DNA of 63,815 nt, the filler included, from Ionaspis alba (Eukaryota), in assembly GCA_964255285.1 (NCBI GenBank). It is 17 parts of 17 records of this genome, joined end to end, with 100 filler letters (N's around TTAATTAATTAA, not from the genome) between each part and the next. Parts side by side here need not be neighbours in the genome. Positions count along the whole stretch, not along the records: positions 34,296 to 37,950 come from CAXUUL010001181.1; positions 38,051 to 41,705 come from CAXUUL010001182.1; positions 41,806 to 45,440 come from CAXUUL010001183.1; positions 45,541 to 49,139 come from CAXUUL010001184.1; positions 49,240 to 52,822 come from CAXUUL010001185.1; 12 more parts are not named here. One strand, 5' to 3'. Made by a program: the position numbers and the translations under genes. The notes below the pieces were generated by a model. It had not been told where the DNA came from. It saw nothing but the letters and a program-made list of their open reading frames with translations, and searched no databases. The first letter of the stretch is position 1; every line of letters starts with the position of its first letter. Of the stretch, positions 36,014 through 49,352 are shown piece after piece.

Positions 36014-38050
36014 GATGTCAGTCAATAAAAGCCTAGAGAATGAGTTCGGCTAATAATTATCAGTCAGATACATGAAGAGAGCGATAGAAGAGTACCTGGT
36101 ACGGTTCCTGACAATCCGAGGTTTGAGAGACGCAGTACGGAAATTTGGGACTTGACTTTAGAGATTGGGTTTTCCCGCCATCTTTATATAGATGGTGTCG
36201 TAGCATTCCATCTCCCGATTTCACTATCCCCTGCCTAATCTATCGGTCTTGCCGTTCTTCGGCGACGAGGCAAAACTTGGCGTAAGCTGATCGGTGGATT
36301 TCGAGGCAGATATACAACCGTAGTAACACCCGCTCAGCCTTGCATCCCTCGTGTCTGACGACAAAATGTCCAGGAAACTCTTAGCTATGATACGTCCTGG
36401 TTTTAAGGTCAACGATCAGCTTTTCTCGCGTGCTACCAGATTTCGTTGGGTGTCGATCATGCCGCATCCGGGTTGAGCATGACCACCATCTTTTTGCCCA
36501 TCGAGCATTCGCAGACAGTTGCCGCTGATAAGTAAGACTCGTGTGTGGCCATGCTCCGAAGCCATGCTGGAAAGACTGCTTGGGGCGACAAGAGGTATGA
36601 TTGGTCGTTGCCTGGATTTGGGGTCTGTATTGGATCGTAATGACTTCGCAGCAGGATTCGGCGCTTGATGCTGGTAGCGCTGGGAGCTGTTATTCCAGGA
36701 ACTCTCTGCTGAACTGCTCGACAACGAACGCATACCGTTTGGGTCAGTTTCCGGGATGCATAAGCCATTATACAGTTCAAATGCAAGAATTCAATTGCAT
36801 GCTGTCTATCGTCATGCTGACAAAGATCTTGGAAGCGTGGAGTACCAACAACAGTAGAGATACGCCAGAGCAAATGGAGAAACTAAATGCAGTAATCTTG
36901 AACATGATTGATCGGACTGAGGCATCAATCTCGGCTGAAGACTTGAGGATAACGATGAAAGGCAAGTAGGTAGGCATGGGGCGTCAAAGGAATGGAACGT
37001 GGGGGCCACAAGGCAATACGAGATCTTGAACGATCCTCCAGCTGACTCACGAGATTTCCGGAACATGGTGAGATCCAGCTTTGTGGCCCAGTCTTCCGTC
37101 GTGTGTGGTGTGTGAGCAATGTGCGATGAGGTTCTCCAGCAATAACGTGGGTCCGGTGCCTGCATAAACCATTGTGTATGTGCTCTAGCCAAGTCTTGGT
37201 TCCATAGCCACGCGGCTTGCAAGCAAATTGGCAAACCAAAAGGACTCGTGCCACAAATTAACAGAATTCAACAATTTTAAGCACCTAGAGGCCGCCCCAA
37301 ATTGAGATATTAATATTCCGGCGGACGTTCAGTGGGTGGTCAACCAAATTCTAGTTTCGGTTTGCCGAGATTTCGGCAAGCCACGTGATAGCTTCACCAC
37401 TAGTGCGCTATCTCGCGGAATTGAGGAAAGTCCACATGAGCAGGAGGATAATAGGGGATGTCGAGATTTGAAATGGTTTCGGACTTGAGTACGTGCAGGT
37501 CAAGAGAACTAGAGGTTCACCAAAGATTGATTGTCTCTCTCTGAGCTTCGTCTTAAGGAGCCTCACGCATTTCTTTCACTTGAATCCTCCAGACCGCAGC
37601 TTACGAGAACTTCAGCTTCCAGCCCGCAGCGACAGCAACACTGGGATCTCGCACCACCGCCCAAGCCGCTCTCCCATCCCTAGCCCCATGCCAGCTCAAG
37701 CCGGCTTTTCGCGGCTCCTTTGCACCATCATCTACGACTAGTATCTCCGTCTTCGCTTCCCAAGAAGACGGAGCTCCAACAATCACAACCTTCTCTATTC
37801 TAACTTTCGCCATTGTCTTCAAGTACTCTTTCGTCTTCTTCCCTACCGTGCCTAGATCTGTCGACACCAAGGTCTGCGCCGCGCTATCGAATGCGAATTG
37901 ACGATGGATATATGCGCCTTCTTGGTAATCGAAGGATTCGCCATCGTCAANNNNNNNNNNNNNNNNNNNNNNNNNNNNNNNNNNNNNNNNNNNNTTAATT
38001 AATTAANNNNNNNNNNNNNNNNNNNNNNNNNNNNNNNNNNNNNNNNNNNN

Positions 38051-38278
38051 GGGGTTGAGTGGGAGTAATCGGTTTAGGACGGGGGAGTTGGAAAGGAAAC
38101 TCTTGGATGGGGGGTTGTTGGTGAGGGATAAGATTGGAGAAGGGGGTGTGGTTGGGAGTCGGGGGACGACGAAGGAGGAGGAAGAGGAGGAGGATGATGA
38201 TGATTGGGATTGAACCGATAGAACTGCTGCAACGGATGTGAGATGGAGACTACGGGCTCGGCCAACGGAAGGGAGCAT
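38051..38278 (-). CDS. Possible N-terminal fragment of an unidentified gene, 3'-truncated
   Basis: ATG at 38278 opens a Ser-rich frame (MLPSVGRARSLHLTSVAAVLSVQSQSSSS...) running to the contig edge. No domain visible. Confidence 0.3.
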
Positions 38279-39242
38279 TGTCTGAAATAGACCGGGAAGT
38301 CACTCGACGAGACGGATACTGGAATCGAGCGTGGTCCGTATAACAGCTCGGCTGGTGGTGAGTATCCAGGGACTCGAAGATTCCAAGATCCGAGAGTCTC
38401 TGAATGCCGAGCCTTACTAGCAAATCAGGGCCTGGACCAGCATTTTCTCGTGGATCATGGGAAATACGGAATGGAGGTGTAGGAAATGTAAGAAATGGAC
38501 GAACTGAGTGTTCAGGTTCCATAGCAGGGTCCTGAGGGTTCGGTGACCTGCTCTTAGTATGCATGGGAAACGCAGTATTCTCATAGCCTCCAAGCTCAAG
38601 CACTTGAACATCGCTCCGAAATCACAGTCACTGCCGCAGAGATCCGAACAAGTCATCAATGTATTCTCCAACCCCCTCTCTTCACCTCCCTTTCTGCCGT
38701 TCAATCGACATCTATACGACCCAAACCCTCTCCTCCTTGAACAACACCTCAACAATCACACTCCCGCTCCATAATAAGGTAGACATCCGCTTCATGGCAC
38801 CAAGAGCACCAGCATTAGCACCAACAACAGTACCAGCACAGCCAATCAACAGCGGCTTTTATCATATCGCGCTCTCTCGTTCATGAAAGTAAAGTCAGAC
38901 AAAACAAAGCAGGCTTTCGTTTCTGTGCTGAACCACCTAGACATGTTTCTAGAAGTACAAAATGATCATCGGTATTGCGGTTGCTCGCAAGCATGCAAGA
39001 GAGAAAACACCATGGCTTGGAACATGCCTGTTTATTGCATTTTCCACGACCGAGAAAGTAGATAGGGTGGGTTGAGAATCCGGGTTGCGAGATCTGTGAT
39101 CAAGTTGTGAACGCCCTCGTTCCAAGCCGATATGGGCACGACAACCAAGTCAGGCGGACCATCATATACTGTCCGCCATCTCACTGCACCCACCACAACC
39201 GTATGCACCCCTTCTTTTCCCCACCCTTGCCCCTCACACCCT

Positions 39243-40923
39243 TCAAATCCGCAAACTCTCTACCCCATCCAACCCTTCCACTCCCAATCCCTTAACCAAC
39301 GGCTCCTTCAAATTCTCCTTATCATTCTCCCCATCCATCCCATCCCCACCCATCCCGACATCCTTACTCAACGGCATCTTCTCCGCCTCACGGTCCCCGA
39401 CAAGCGCAGGCGTCGGCGCTTCCACCAATTTCTCGACTTTCTCATCCGCATCCCTTCGATTAACCTCGCCAGCCAACCTCTCCGCCATCGGCCTCACCGT
39501 CTCCTCCGACACCTGCGAGAGCGGCGATTTAGCCGGTACGCCTCTCGGGCTCTGCGTATCAGCGGTATGGTTCGAGAAGCGGTGAGGAGAACGGCCTCGG
39601 TCTTCAATAGGGCTACCGTAAGGCGAACCGACCGCACTTCCATGGTTCGAAGTATGAACGCCCAGACCATTCGGAGTCTTTCGCTTCGGACCTTTCCGAC
39701 CATATTTCTGATCCATTCGCCAGCGAAGAATATCCAGATACGCAGGCTCCACATTCGCGGTTTTGAACTCCTTGAGTTTGAGCTCCTGCGTCTCTTCATC
39801 CACAAACACCTTCTCGCTCCCCAGATCATCGGCGACCATAGCCAGGAAGGCAGACCAAGAGCGGGCAACGACGTATTTGCAGTCGTAGTCTCGGCCGAAG
39901 ATGATGATTTGACCCCATTTGCCGTTGGGACCCGGGGCGAGATCGACGGCTATGTTGTTGCCGCCCCAGTCGCGGGCGAGTGGAATCCAAGCGGAGTGGG
40001 CGTAGGCTTTTTGGATAGCGCGCGGGGGTTGGGAGTCTTGTCTTTCGAGGAGTTCTTGGCGCCAGAAGGGATTGGTGGCTTGGGAGGAGCTGGATGAGGC
40101 AGCACCACCCAAAGATTTGGAGGAATGGCCGAAAGCGTGGTTGGAGGGAGCGGTGAGGTATTCTTCGTTGACGGTGCGCCAGTTTTTCCATTCTTGGACG
40201 ATTTCTTCGCAGTCGAGGAGCATGCTGCCGAAGAGGATGCCGGTTGGTCGACCGCCGCGTTCTTGACCGTCGTGGCATTGGAGGGATTCGCGCACTTCGA
40301 TGGGGAGGGAGCAGTCGAGTTCGTGTTCGAGTTCGTTGATGTCGTTTTGGGTGCAGCCTTCGGATAATTGGTCGTAGAGTTCTTCGTAATTGTCTTCTGC
40401 CCAGCGATCGATGCGCTTCCAGGAGTGTGAGACGGGTGGTGGTGGTGGTAGACCTTCTTGAAAGCTTTGCATCTGGATCTCGCCGGGAGATATGGGGTCG
40501 AATGAGGAATCTTCGTGAGATGACTGCATCAACTGACTTGATCGCATACCCGGTGAATATGGTGCTGCTGATGATGGTTGAGCTCCGGGAGAGCCGGGCC
40601 AGCCACCACGAAGCGCCGTACTCGATCGAGGATTATCTTCGGCATAGGGAGAACTGAGGTCGGGGCGGGAGTCATTGGCACTGGTTGCAACGGATGTGAG
40701 AGGGGCATGGCGGCTCTGATTCAGAGGCATATGTGAGCCGGTTCGGTAAGGAGAGTCGTGGGAGGCATGGCGGTCGTTGGAGGTCATGGTGTGCCAGAAC
40801 GAGCGCCATGTTGCCCCAATGCTGCTTGAAGAATGTGTCAGTTGAAGGACAAGTTGCGGTGAAGAAAGACGTCGCGACTTTGACGGAGAGAAAGGGAGGA
40901 GAGAAAACTTACGAGGGAGCCAT
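39243..40923 (-). CDS. SMI1: Cell-wall assembly regulator Smi1/Knr4, 2 exons
   Basis: MAPS|IGATWRSFWHTMTSNDRHA (intron GTAAGT at about 40912-40823). SMI1_KNR4 domain: SWKRIDRW...HDGQERGG...WIPLARDWGGNNIAVDLAPGPNGKWGQIIIFGRD. Confidence 0.94.
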
Positions 40924-43900
40924 GCCGGCCAGCCTGAATTGGATTGTCGTACTCTGCTATGATTGTTGCGCCAACAGCCGAAGGATTGTCGCAAGTGAGA
41001 GGTGCGAGGTCCTGGACGAGTGTTGTTGATGATGATGGTGGTGGAGGTTTGTGGAAGAGGTCTGGCGCGGTCCAACGTCACAGGTAATCAAAATAGGAGT
41101 TGGCGTGAGCATGGGTCAACTCAAACACTGATTTTAAGGGAAGGCGCCGAGAATCGCAATGAAAGTTGTGGAAGTGGTGGGCGCAACAGTAATCACTCAA
41201 TCACAACGCTTAGATCAGATCTAGGACCATCTCTATAAGATCCGACATTAGAGGTAGATGCTCATTCCTATCTTTTCGAAAGAATCTTTGGTGAGATGTG
41301 TAGATGTGTAGGGATAAGATGACCGAAAGGGATGACGGTACTTCTACGGCCTCCAATTCTTTCTCCCATCTTCTCCTCCCCTCTCCCTCTCGAAGTCGCG
41401 TGTTCTGCGCAATCGTACTACTCTACTCGACCCTTGAATCAGGCGGCTTTATCAGGAAGAATCTTGTTTTCTGCAGTGGGAGTGGGGCACCCATGGGCCA
41501 GGGGCAAAGCAATGCTAGCACCAGAACAACTACCGCGACAGTTTCGATGCTTACCCTCACTCACAACCAATGGAGTATCAGCATGTTTGAAGATCTGCGA
41601 AGATATAAATAAAGATATTTCCATCGAACGAATGTGGTACATCAACGGACGATCGCATGTTTCGCCCCCACCTCCGCCTTTTTGGTGTTACGATGACTTG
41701 AGGGTNNNNNNNNNNNNNNNNNNNNNNNNNNNNNNNNNNNNNNNNNNNNTTAATTAATTAANNNNNNNNNNNNNNNNNNNNNNNNNNNNNNNNNNNNNNN
41801 NNNNNTGGCAATACCATTGTTGTACTTGTTGGCGCTGCGAAGATACCAAGGGAATCCCCCCGGGCGAAATTGAGCTTTTACTACAACTCACTAATAGTGT
41901 AATTACCAAATACACACATCTCTCGTTAATCCGAATCTTGAAATATCGCGAACCTGATGGTAGTGATTTTTGTGACGGTAGCGGAGAGGAGCAGGTGTTG
42001 ATATGAGTTGATGACATGACATCCTCACATGTGCGAAGGCAATTTCACTCCATGTACCATTACGATACTCGATTAGCATCTACCAACACCTGACTACGCT
42101 ATTCCATCCCATAAAGGTGCTGTTTCTCAACATTGAGATGGAGATTTAATGGACGTAACGGACCTTCTCAACATGAACCTCGCAAGCACCTACTTCAAGA
42201 CCATCCGTACTATCACATAGACCGTATTGGGACCGACCAGTGGTCAGGTCAACGGTATTGCTCATCGCACCCGCTCCCTCAACGGCCAGTGAATGCTCTT
42301 ACAATTCTCCCAAGTCATGTCACCAGTAGGCTGTAGGGCATGGCAAGCCATTGGCACGCCTGGATCTATTGAATAGATAGTAGCGATTGACCGGCCAATA
42401 TCCTTGCGGTGGAAACGGATGTGCTGTGACTGACCCGACAAGAGCAGGGTGAGAATGCGGAGAATCTGGTTTCTTCGAGCAGAACCTGCAACACGCATGG
42501 TAGAATCATTCGGTCGTAAAAGGATGCTCTATTCCTAATCCTCGAAGAGCAAACTATATACTAGCTAGTTAGTCCTTCCTCCCTTCCTTCCTCCTTCTAC
42601 CGTAACAGAACCTGAAAGTCCATGAGGACAAGTAGTAGAGGTGATCCAGCTTGTTTCCAAGCCTGGTGTACTTGGGAATAGCTTCAGAGAGGTAGCGAGT
42701 AGAGCAATTTCAAGAGGGCAGTATAGAAAGCTGTCTATAGTGTAATATCACGTGTTGAATGCCTCGGATCACATCGCCCGTAGTGATGGCTTTGGTGATG
42801 AAAGACCGCAAAATAATATGGCCGCAAAGACAAAACGCGTTACCAATAGCGAATGCTGAAGAGATCAAGTAGATAGGAGAAGCTCTTCCTCATTCTGCTG
42901 TATATCTGTATAAATATATTTGTACATATGACGAACTGGAAGGACCTTGGGTTTATGAAGTATCAAATAAGAGCTCAACACATGTCTTTGATGAGAGTCA
43001 GAGAACAGAACAAATAGAACATTAAGACACGGAAGGAGGAAGCGTCGGAGTGGGCTGGACTTCTGGCCACCAAATATTAGATCAGAAATTCTAGTTATAG
43101 GACATGCTTGGGAATGAACTTGATAAGCCGCGGCGGACCGGTACCAGTGGTGCGACATTCCTGCCAAATTAAGCATTGACAAAACGCCAATAAATTGAGG
43201 ACGTCGTCACTTGATGACTTGGTTTTCTCCGGGGAGGGAATGAATGAGATGTTCGAAGGACGATGCGTGATTGGAGTGGCTGAAGGCAGGGGAGTAGAGC
43301 GGGAACGAGCTTGCGCTAAACGCGGTACTAGGCAGACTCATGTGGAGCATGGCAGAGTGTATTGATGTGAGCTGGTGAGGATGAGGAGGACTCTGTGGCT
43401 GAAGATCAAGAGCTCTGTTGCCTCTAATGTGTTGTATGTGCTGCGTCAGGCGTTCGAGGTGGACGTCATAATGTTCCAGAAAACAATGATTCCTTACAGC
43501 TTTGAAGGTATCGAAGGTACGGCTCGAGATGTTCTTATGCAGTACGAGACCATCTCACCCTTGTCTGCTGCTCCCGTATATTGTGGCAAGGTAACCGTTG
43601 CATGGCCGTGTCCATTGTTGTTCGTGTCTGTCTCGGCAGCCATCAGGTATGGTATGGCATGTAACAAATGATGGTCCCAGTGTTTCTGATGATTAGAGCG
43701 TGGCCAAGTCGTGGGAAGTTGGACCTATATTTGAACCGTGCAAGGCGTATTCTTCTTGAGCAGTTCATTCAGACATCTTTGCAAGGGACAAAAGGGACAC
43801 GAGACGAAACACTTAAACAATCGAAGAATTGAAACACCGATATGTTCGAGTTGCTCTTTAGGTACAATATAGGCTCGCACCATCGTTGCTGCTTCTTCTA

Positions 43901-44615
43901 TATCGGCCATCTTACAATGTGTTATGCCTCAAGATCGATAAGTAACACAAGATCTAAGGAATATGCGAATCCTCGATATGTCTCTTCGCTGATTCAGAGC
44001 AATGCCGTCCTTCACACTAGGGCTGAGCATAATGCATGGTAACTCAGCCTTGCTCGTCTGAAATGACCGGCTCGTGGCTGTGAAACGGGCCCTCGATGTC
44101 CTCACAAAAATAATGAGAAGATTCGGTGATCTTTATGTGTCAGAGCACTGATCCGCCATGCTTGAGAATTCCGATCGCAGGCTCAAAACCCACAATCCGT
44201 ATTGTGTAGCCGTCTTCTGCAAAAGAATTATGCGTGCAACCTTTAGCCGTGTTCTCGTTTATTTATGAAACCCCTATTTTAGCCATAAATAGCAACGTTT
44301 CCCGTGCCAAGAGGCTCTACGGCTAAGCGAAATATGGTAGACCCGATTCTGCCTTGAAGGCCAAGACATTCATGGCCGCAACGCATCCTTCGCCCGCGAA
44401 TATCCTCATGGGCTGAGTTCCTGTGTTGTAGGCTCAGGCACTTTCCCCTCTTTGATACTTGCGCAGCCTGTTTCTAGTCACTCTTTTTGTCGGCGATGTT
44501 ACCTTTCTTTTCCAATTCTAATTAATACTTGCCATTCTGCGATATCAATTTACATACAAAGGATCTCTCCTACCACGACTTCAAACAAACTGTTGCCAAA
44601 TTCCACGACATCACC

Positions 44616-45440
44616 ATGATTTTCAATAGGTCCACGCGCGCTAGAGTCCACGAAGCTGAGCGACTATGGCTTGCGAAATTTATCCTGCGCGTCATACTCT
44701 TCACAGTTGTCACAGCTGGAATTGGGTTGTTAGGCTCGGCGCTGTCGACTGCTTCGCGAGTTCGGGTCTATGAATTCTACTTGCTTCCCTGGCTGATGAT
44801 TCCGGTATGAAGAGTTCTCATAAGTGGATCTTGCGACTAGACACTAATAGTCATCTCCAGCTCGCCATATCTTGGGGGTGGAATCTAGCAAACATTATCG
44901 TCCGATTGAGTCGAGCAAGGCCAATGCACCCTGGTGCCAATGTTGGGATGGATCTGTTCCTTTGGATATCGTTCGCCATTACTGCTGTTTTCGCCATGTT
45001 CGCTGCCATAGTAAGACTCATTGCTCTTAGGAGATGAACTTGACTTATACTGTTGCGCAGGACACCCTTTATTACTCGAATCGAGGCTCCTCCTACCGAT
45101 ATAGTGGGAGCTCGCGAAACCGAGAATACCTTGGCAATCTCGTCAGTCATGCTCCCCTTCGGACCTTCACCATTATGCTGACAGGCAGCAGGGTAATGTT
45201 GAGGCAGCTGCGTGTGCTATGGGTTATCTTGCGCTGTAAGTCGATCCATCCTACATGAGAATTGATGGTCTGGGCTAATTCAGTCTTCGCATCTCAGTTT
45301 ACTCCGTAAGTCAAATGACCCGGCCAATACCTGTTCTTCGCGCTCACAGGCTCTGAAAGATTTCATACTGTTCGTTTGGGCCTGTGTCGATACCCACCGA
45401 AGGAACAATTCCGCAACAAACGAGAAGGCCGTCAAAATTG
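44616..45440 (+). CDS. Uncharacterised fungal 4-TM (MARVEL-like) membrane protein, multi-exon, 3'-truncated
   Basis: Hydrophobic helices; MHPGANVGMDLFLW and LLHFILFVWACVDTHRRN motifs reconstructed across at least 5 introns, including an 8-nt microexon at 45298-45305. Confidence 0.7.
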
Positions 45441-45540
45441 NNNNNNNNNNNNNNNNNNNNNNNNNNNNNNNNNNNNNNNNNNNNTTAATTAATTAANNNN
45501 NNNNNNNNNNNNNNNNNNNNNNNNNNNNNNNNNNNNNNNN

Positions 45541-47369
45541 AGTATGTATGTTCGCTTTCGTGACGAGGCTTTCCTACGGCAGATCACTTCGAATGCACTG
45601 CGTATATTCTGTCGTTCTATTTTCTCGATATGGTTTGATCTCGAAAAATGCACCTTTCAAAGTCTAATAGCCCGGCTGGCTCACTCCCTTTTTGTGTTTT
45701 AAGAGGAACTCGATATTTTCTTTGGCATTTAGACGATATTATGGTTCCTGACACACGGCTTGATAGTCTCCCTTTGTTGTTGTCAAGGTTCCGGATAACT
45801 TTTCTGCACACCGTTTGGTCAGGCGCTCGATTCTCACAAAAGCCATCTACGAACTGTGGGGTTCTGCCTTAACCATTCCATCACTGCACGAATCCATTCG
45901 TCATCGTACTGCTCATCGATGGCCACTCTATGCCAGTTGCTCTTTCAAGTTCTCCCTTGACACTTACTGTGCATCTCGGACTGCAGCTTCGCAACGAGCC
46001 TTGATCGAAGAATTCACATATCTCGGATTCGAAGGTCTTATCAACATGACTCGTCCTGAGCAGGAATTCGTCATCTTTGAAGACTATGAATGGGGTAGCC
46101 AGACACCAAAACAAGTCCACTTTGGGCGGTTAGTGGGTCTCGGCGGCAGAGAAGCAATCCAGTTGTACAGTCTGAAGAAACGGAACTATATTTCCACCAC
46201 GTCTATGGATGCAGAACTCGCATTGCTCACCGCCAATTTGACCCTTGCTGGGCCAGGCAAATTATTTTACGATCCGTTTGTCGGGACTGGAAGCCTGCCT
46301 ATTGCATGCGGACATTTTGGTGCATTGAGCTTTGGCAGTGATATAGATGGAAGGGCAGTGAGGGGAAAGGGTGGGAAAAGCTTGGCGACGGGTTTCGAGC
46401 AGTATAAGCTCCAAGGCAGATGGCTGGGTTCATTCATTGGTGATTTGACGTTCAGCCCTTTGAGAGGGGCTAGAGTGGGTGCTGAGGAAAACGGAGACGA
46501 ATTAAGCAGTAGAGGAGGATATTTAGATGGCATCATCTGTGATCCGCCGTATGGAGTAAGGGAGGGCCTGAAAGTATTGGGCAGCAGGGACGGGAGCGGT
46601 AAAGAAGTCGTCTGGATTGATGGGGTCGCAGCACACTTGTGAGTTGTCAGCATTCAGCTTCTCATTCTCGTCCTCAATCACGTCCCTTCTTCCTGGCCTA
46701 ACAACATTGCAAGTTTAGCTGATATTGGGGCGTTTAGGAAACCAAATCACATTCCCCCTAAACGTCCATATTCTTTCGAAGCAATGCTCGTAGATATTCT
46801 CACCTTCGCCGCTTCCATGCTTGTTCCAGATGGACGAGTCTCTCTGTGGATGCCGACAGCAAATGACGAAGCGATTGAGTTGGCCGTTCCACAACATAGG
46901 GCGCTACAGATTGTAAGCACATGTGTGCAAACTTTCAACAAATGTACGTATAATCGCTCGCATTTTCTCCCATTCCTTCCCTTCCTTGTCTGGCTTGCCC
47001 AATTCGTATGACCGGCGACTTTTAGTAGAAGCCGAGGAACGCGCAATTTGTGCTGATAGCCCGTGATTAGGGTCCAGAAGGTTACTCACGTATAGGCGCA
47101 AGCGCCCGGATGAGATTGATACTTCATTGAAGTGGATGACCTGGGAGCCTGCTGATGGAGTGAATGCGGATGATTTGAACAATTTCCGAAAAAGGGTGGG
47201 TCAAAGGAGACTTCGAAGCTTAAGCGTCATCTAGCTGATAAATGTCAAATAGTACTTCCAGGGTTTCAAACGAGACGTAAGCCCTGCTCGTGGTAAGACC
47301 GAGGCTGAGAGACACACTGGCAACGGCTTTAAGAATGCTGGTACAGATTCCCTGGACCTAGATTCTTGA
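45541..47369 (+). CDS. TRM11: tRNA (guanine(10)-N2)-methyltransferase, 5'-truncated, multi-exon
   Basis: RSILTKAIYELWG, YSLKKRNYISTTSMDAELAL, YDPFVGTGS, GSDIDGR, IICDPPYGVREG and IPPKRPYSF. Last exon YFQGFKR...DLDS* ends at 47369. Confidence 0.93.
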
Positions 47370-47550
47370 GGGAGCCAAACGCCGTCATGGATACAGTGGT
47401 ACCAAAACCCGTAGTGTCAATAGATAGTATCAGAAAAGCAGGAGTTCCATGAGAGAAACTCTGATGGCCTTTTCATTCAGGTCTCGTCCTTGAAGGAGTA
47501 CTGTCAATGGCCATTACCCGAGCCTTGGCCTCGCGCTGGCAGATCCGAGG

Positions 47551-48300
47551 CTATATTTTGCTTGTCTTTCGCTCTGACCGTCCATGCCCGGTCCTACTGT
47601 TCACTTCCCATCCACCACCTCCGAGAAGCATGCTGATGGCCTCCGGCCCTTCTCTAGCTTCAACCCTTTTCATCTCTTTCACCAATCTTTGCCTCATCTG
47701 CTCGATCAAAATCTCCGCATCTTCCTCATCCAGCTCCTCTCTTTGCCCTCTCCCAAATATCGTCCAGCTCCTAGCTCGAGGATCAGGGACGTCCCCAGGA
47801 CGAGGTATTATGTGGAAATGAGTATGGGGGACAACTTGTGCTGCGCGGATACCTGGACTTTGTGTTAAACAGACCCTCTGCCGTTGACTTGCCATTGCAT
47901 ATGGATGCGACTAACCATTATTTTGTACAACGTTCCAGTCTCCAACATCGCTCTTGTTCACCACTTCCCCATCTTTGCTCTGGACACACCCAACTACAGT
48001 CCTCGATAAAATGCCCAACCAAACTCCCAGTGCCCGGCCTTCCTCCACACTCACATCATCTAACTTTCTACGATGTTGGCGTGTAGTGACAAGCACATGT
48101 CCTCTCGCAATGGGAGCATGGTCAAGGAAGGCGAGTAGATATGGTGTAGACAGGAGGACATGCGCAGTACCAGGATTGGCTTTGGGATTGGAGGAAATTG
48201 GAGGACTGTAGGACGAGGTTGAGGTGGGAAGGTGTGGAAGATGTGAAGCAGCAATGGTACAGAAGGGACAGTCCAGTAAGGAGAGGTCGGGAAGTGGCAT
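47551..48300 (-). CDS. Histidine-triad (HIT) family nucleotide-binding protein, 2 exons
   Basis: CPFC, AFLDHAPIARGHVLV and WNVVQNNG|IRAAQVVPHTHFHIIPR (HxHxH triad). Intron at about 47913-47853. Confidence 0.92.
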
Positions 48301-48404
48301 TTCGATGAATTACCTCAATGAAAGCATGTGCTTATAACTCCCCTTCTATCATATCGTTTAGATCTTACCCTGAATGTTTTTATAGGTGTTGTTGAATGTC
48401 AAGC

Positions 48405-48780
48405 CCGCATGCCCGGGAGTTTCTATTCTATCCTGAACTAATAAAATTACACTGGTAATATTAGTTTTGTTATTATGCACGGACGTAAATTTTAAATATT
48501 AAAATTCGCAATGTAAAACCTCAAAAAACTTCAATTTTTTGAAGTTTTTTTTTTATATAAATTGCGTATATTATTGTATGTGATAATATTCGTATTTCTA
48601 TTATAATATACGCAATAATATCGAACGTTATTGTGGTAAAAATTTTATAAATATACAAAAACGTTGGACGTGCGACAACACGCTAAAAATTATAATTTTA
48701 ATTTTATTGGTTAACGTATATTTCCGTACTGTAATTTTACATTTAGCTCCAGGATAGAATAGAAAAACCCGTATGCCCTA
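48405..48780. mobile_element. AT-rich MITE-like element with degenerate terminal inverted repeats of about 55 bp
   Basis: The left end gcatgcccgggagtttctattctatcctgaactaataaaattacactgg (48407-48455) aligns with the reverse complement of the right end (tagggcatacgggtttttctattctatcctggagctaaatgtaaaattacagtacgg, 48724-48780). Internal palindromes; no ORF. Confidence 0.65.
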
Positions 48781-49352
48781 TATTAGAGGCTTGGCAATAC
48801 GCGCAAACATATTAATAGGTTATGATCGGGCGAATAATCATATCAATATAACTATTATCCAATTTGGATATATAACCAGATTTTATGGACGTAACCCATA
48901 TTAAGGAGAGCCTTCATAGAGAATGCGCGGAGGAGGCCTTAGCTTGACAGTATATAGCCCTTTTCCACGAGGTAGACAATTGATCATCCTTTCATCCCCT
49001 CTTGGTTTGCCTATCCGCTCGACAAAAACCATTATAGATGAGATTTTGCAAATTTATTTAAAAATAGGACATGTTCAAGCATCTGTACTTGACCTTATAC
49101 TTACACTCACTTCATCTACAAGGAATGCAAAACCACCTCNNNNNNNNNNNNNNNNNNNNNNNNNNNNNNNNNNNNNNNNNNNNTTAATTAATTAANNNNN
49201 NNNNNNNNNNNNNNNNNNNNNNNNNNNNNNNNNNNNNNNAAGAATGTGAGAATAATATCTCATTTCCATCAAAGATTAATATACTCGACGATCTAAGACA
49301 ATAAAAACAAAATGCTAGACTCCCGTCCAATCCTCTGTGTTCCCAAGACGCC

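Noticed and set aside
30534..37950. Halogenated-metabolite cluster (thioesterase + epimerase + vanadium haloperoxidase)
   Set aside because: VCPO is on a different contig from the thioesterase and GAL10. No PKS or NRPS is visible, and the adjacency comes from size sorting.
36416..37950. Short ORFs upstream of VCPO (e.g. 36601-36969) as partner genes
   Set aside because: No recognisable domain, signal peptide or convincing splice structure.
39132..40097. Long antisense or alternate-frame ORFs (also 7791-8645, 33383-34045, 62814-63593)
   Set aside because: These are shadows of real genes caused by biased codon usage that depletes stops. They show no independent protein features.
41806..44100. 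Possible degraded gene (faint SDR-like peptides near 42150-42480; ORF 43725-43910)
   Set aside because: Only weak fragments with multiple stops. I could not recover a diagnostic motif or a consistent exon chain; a BLASTx search would be needed.
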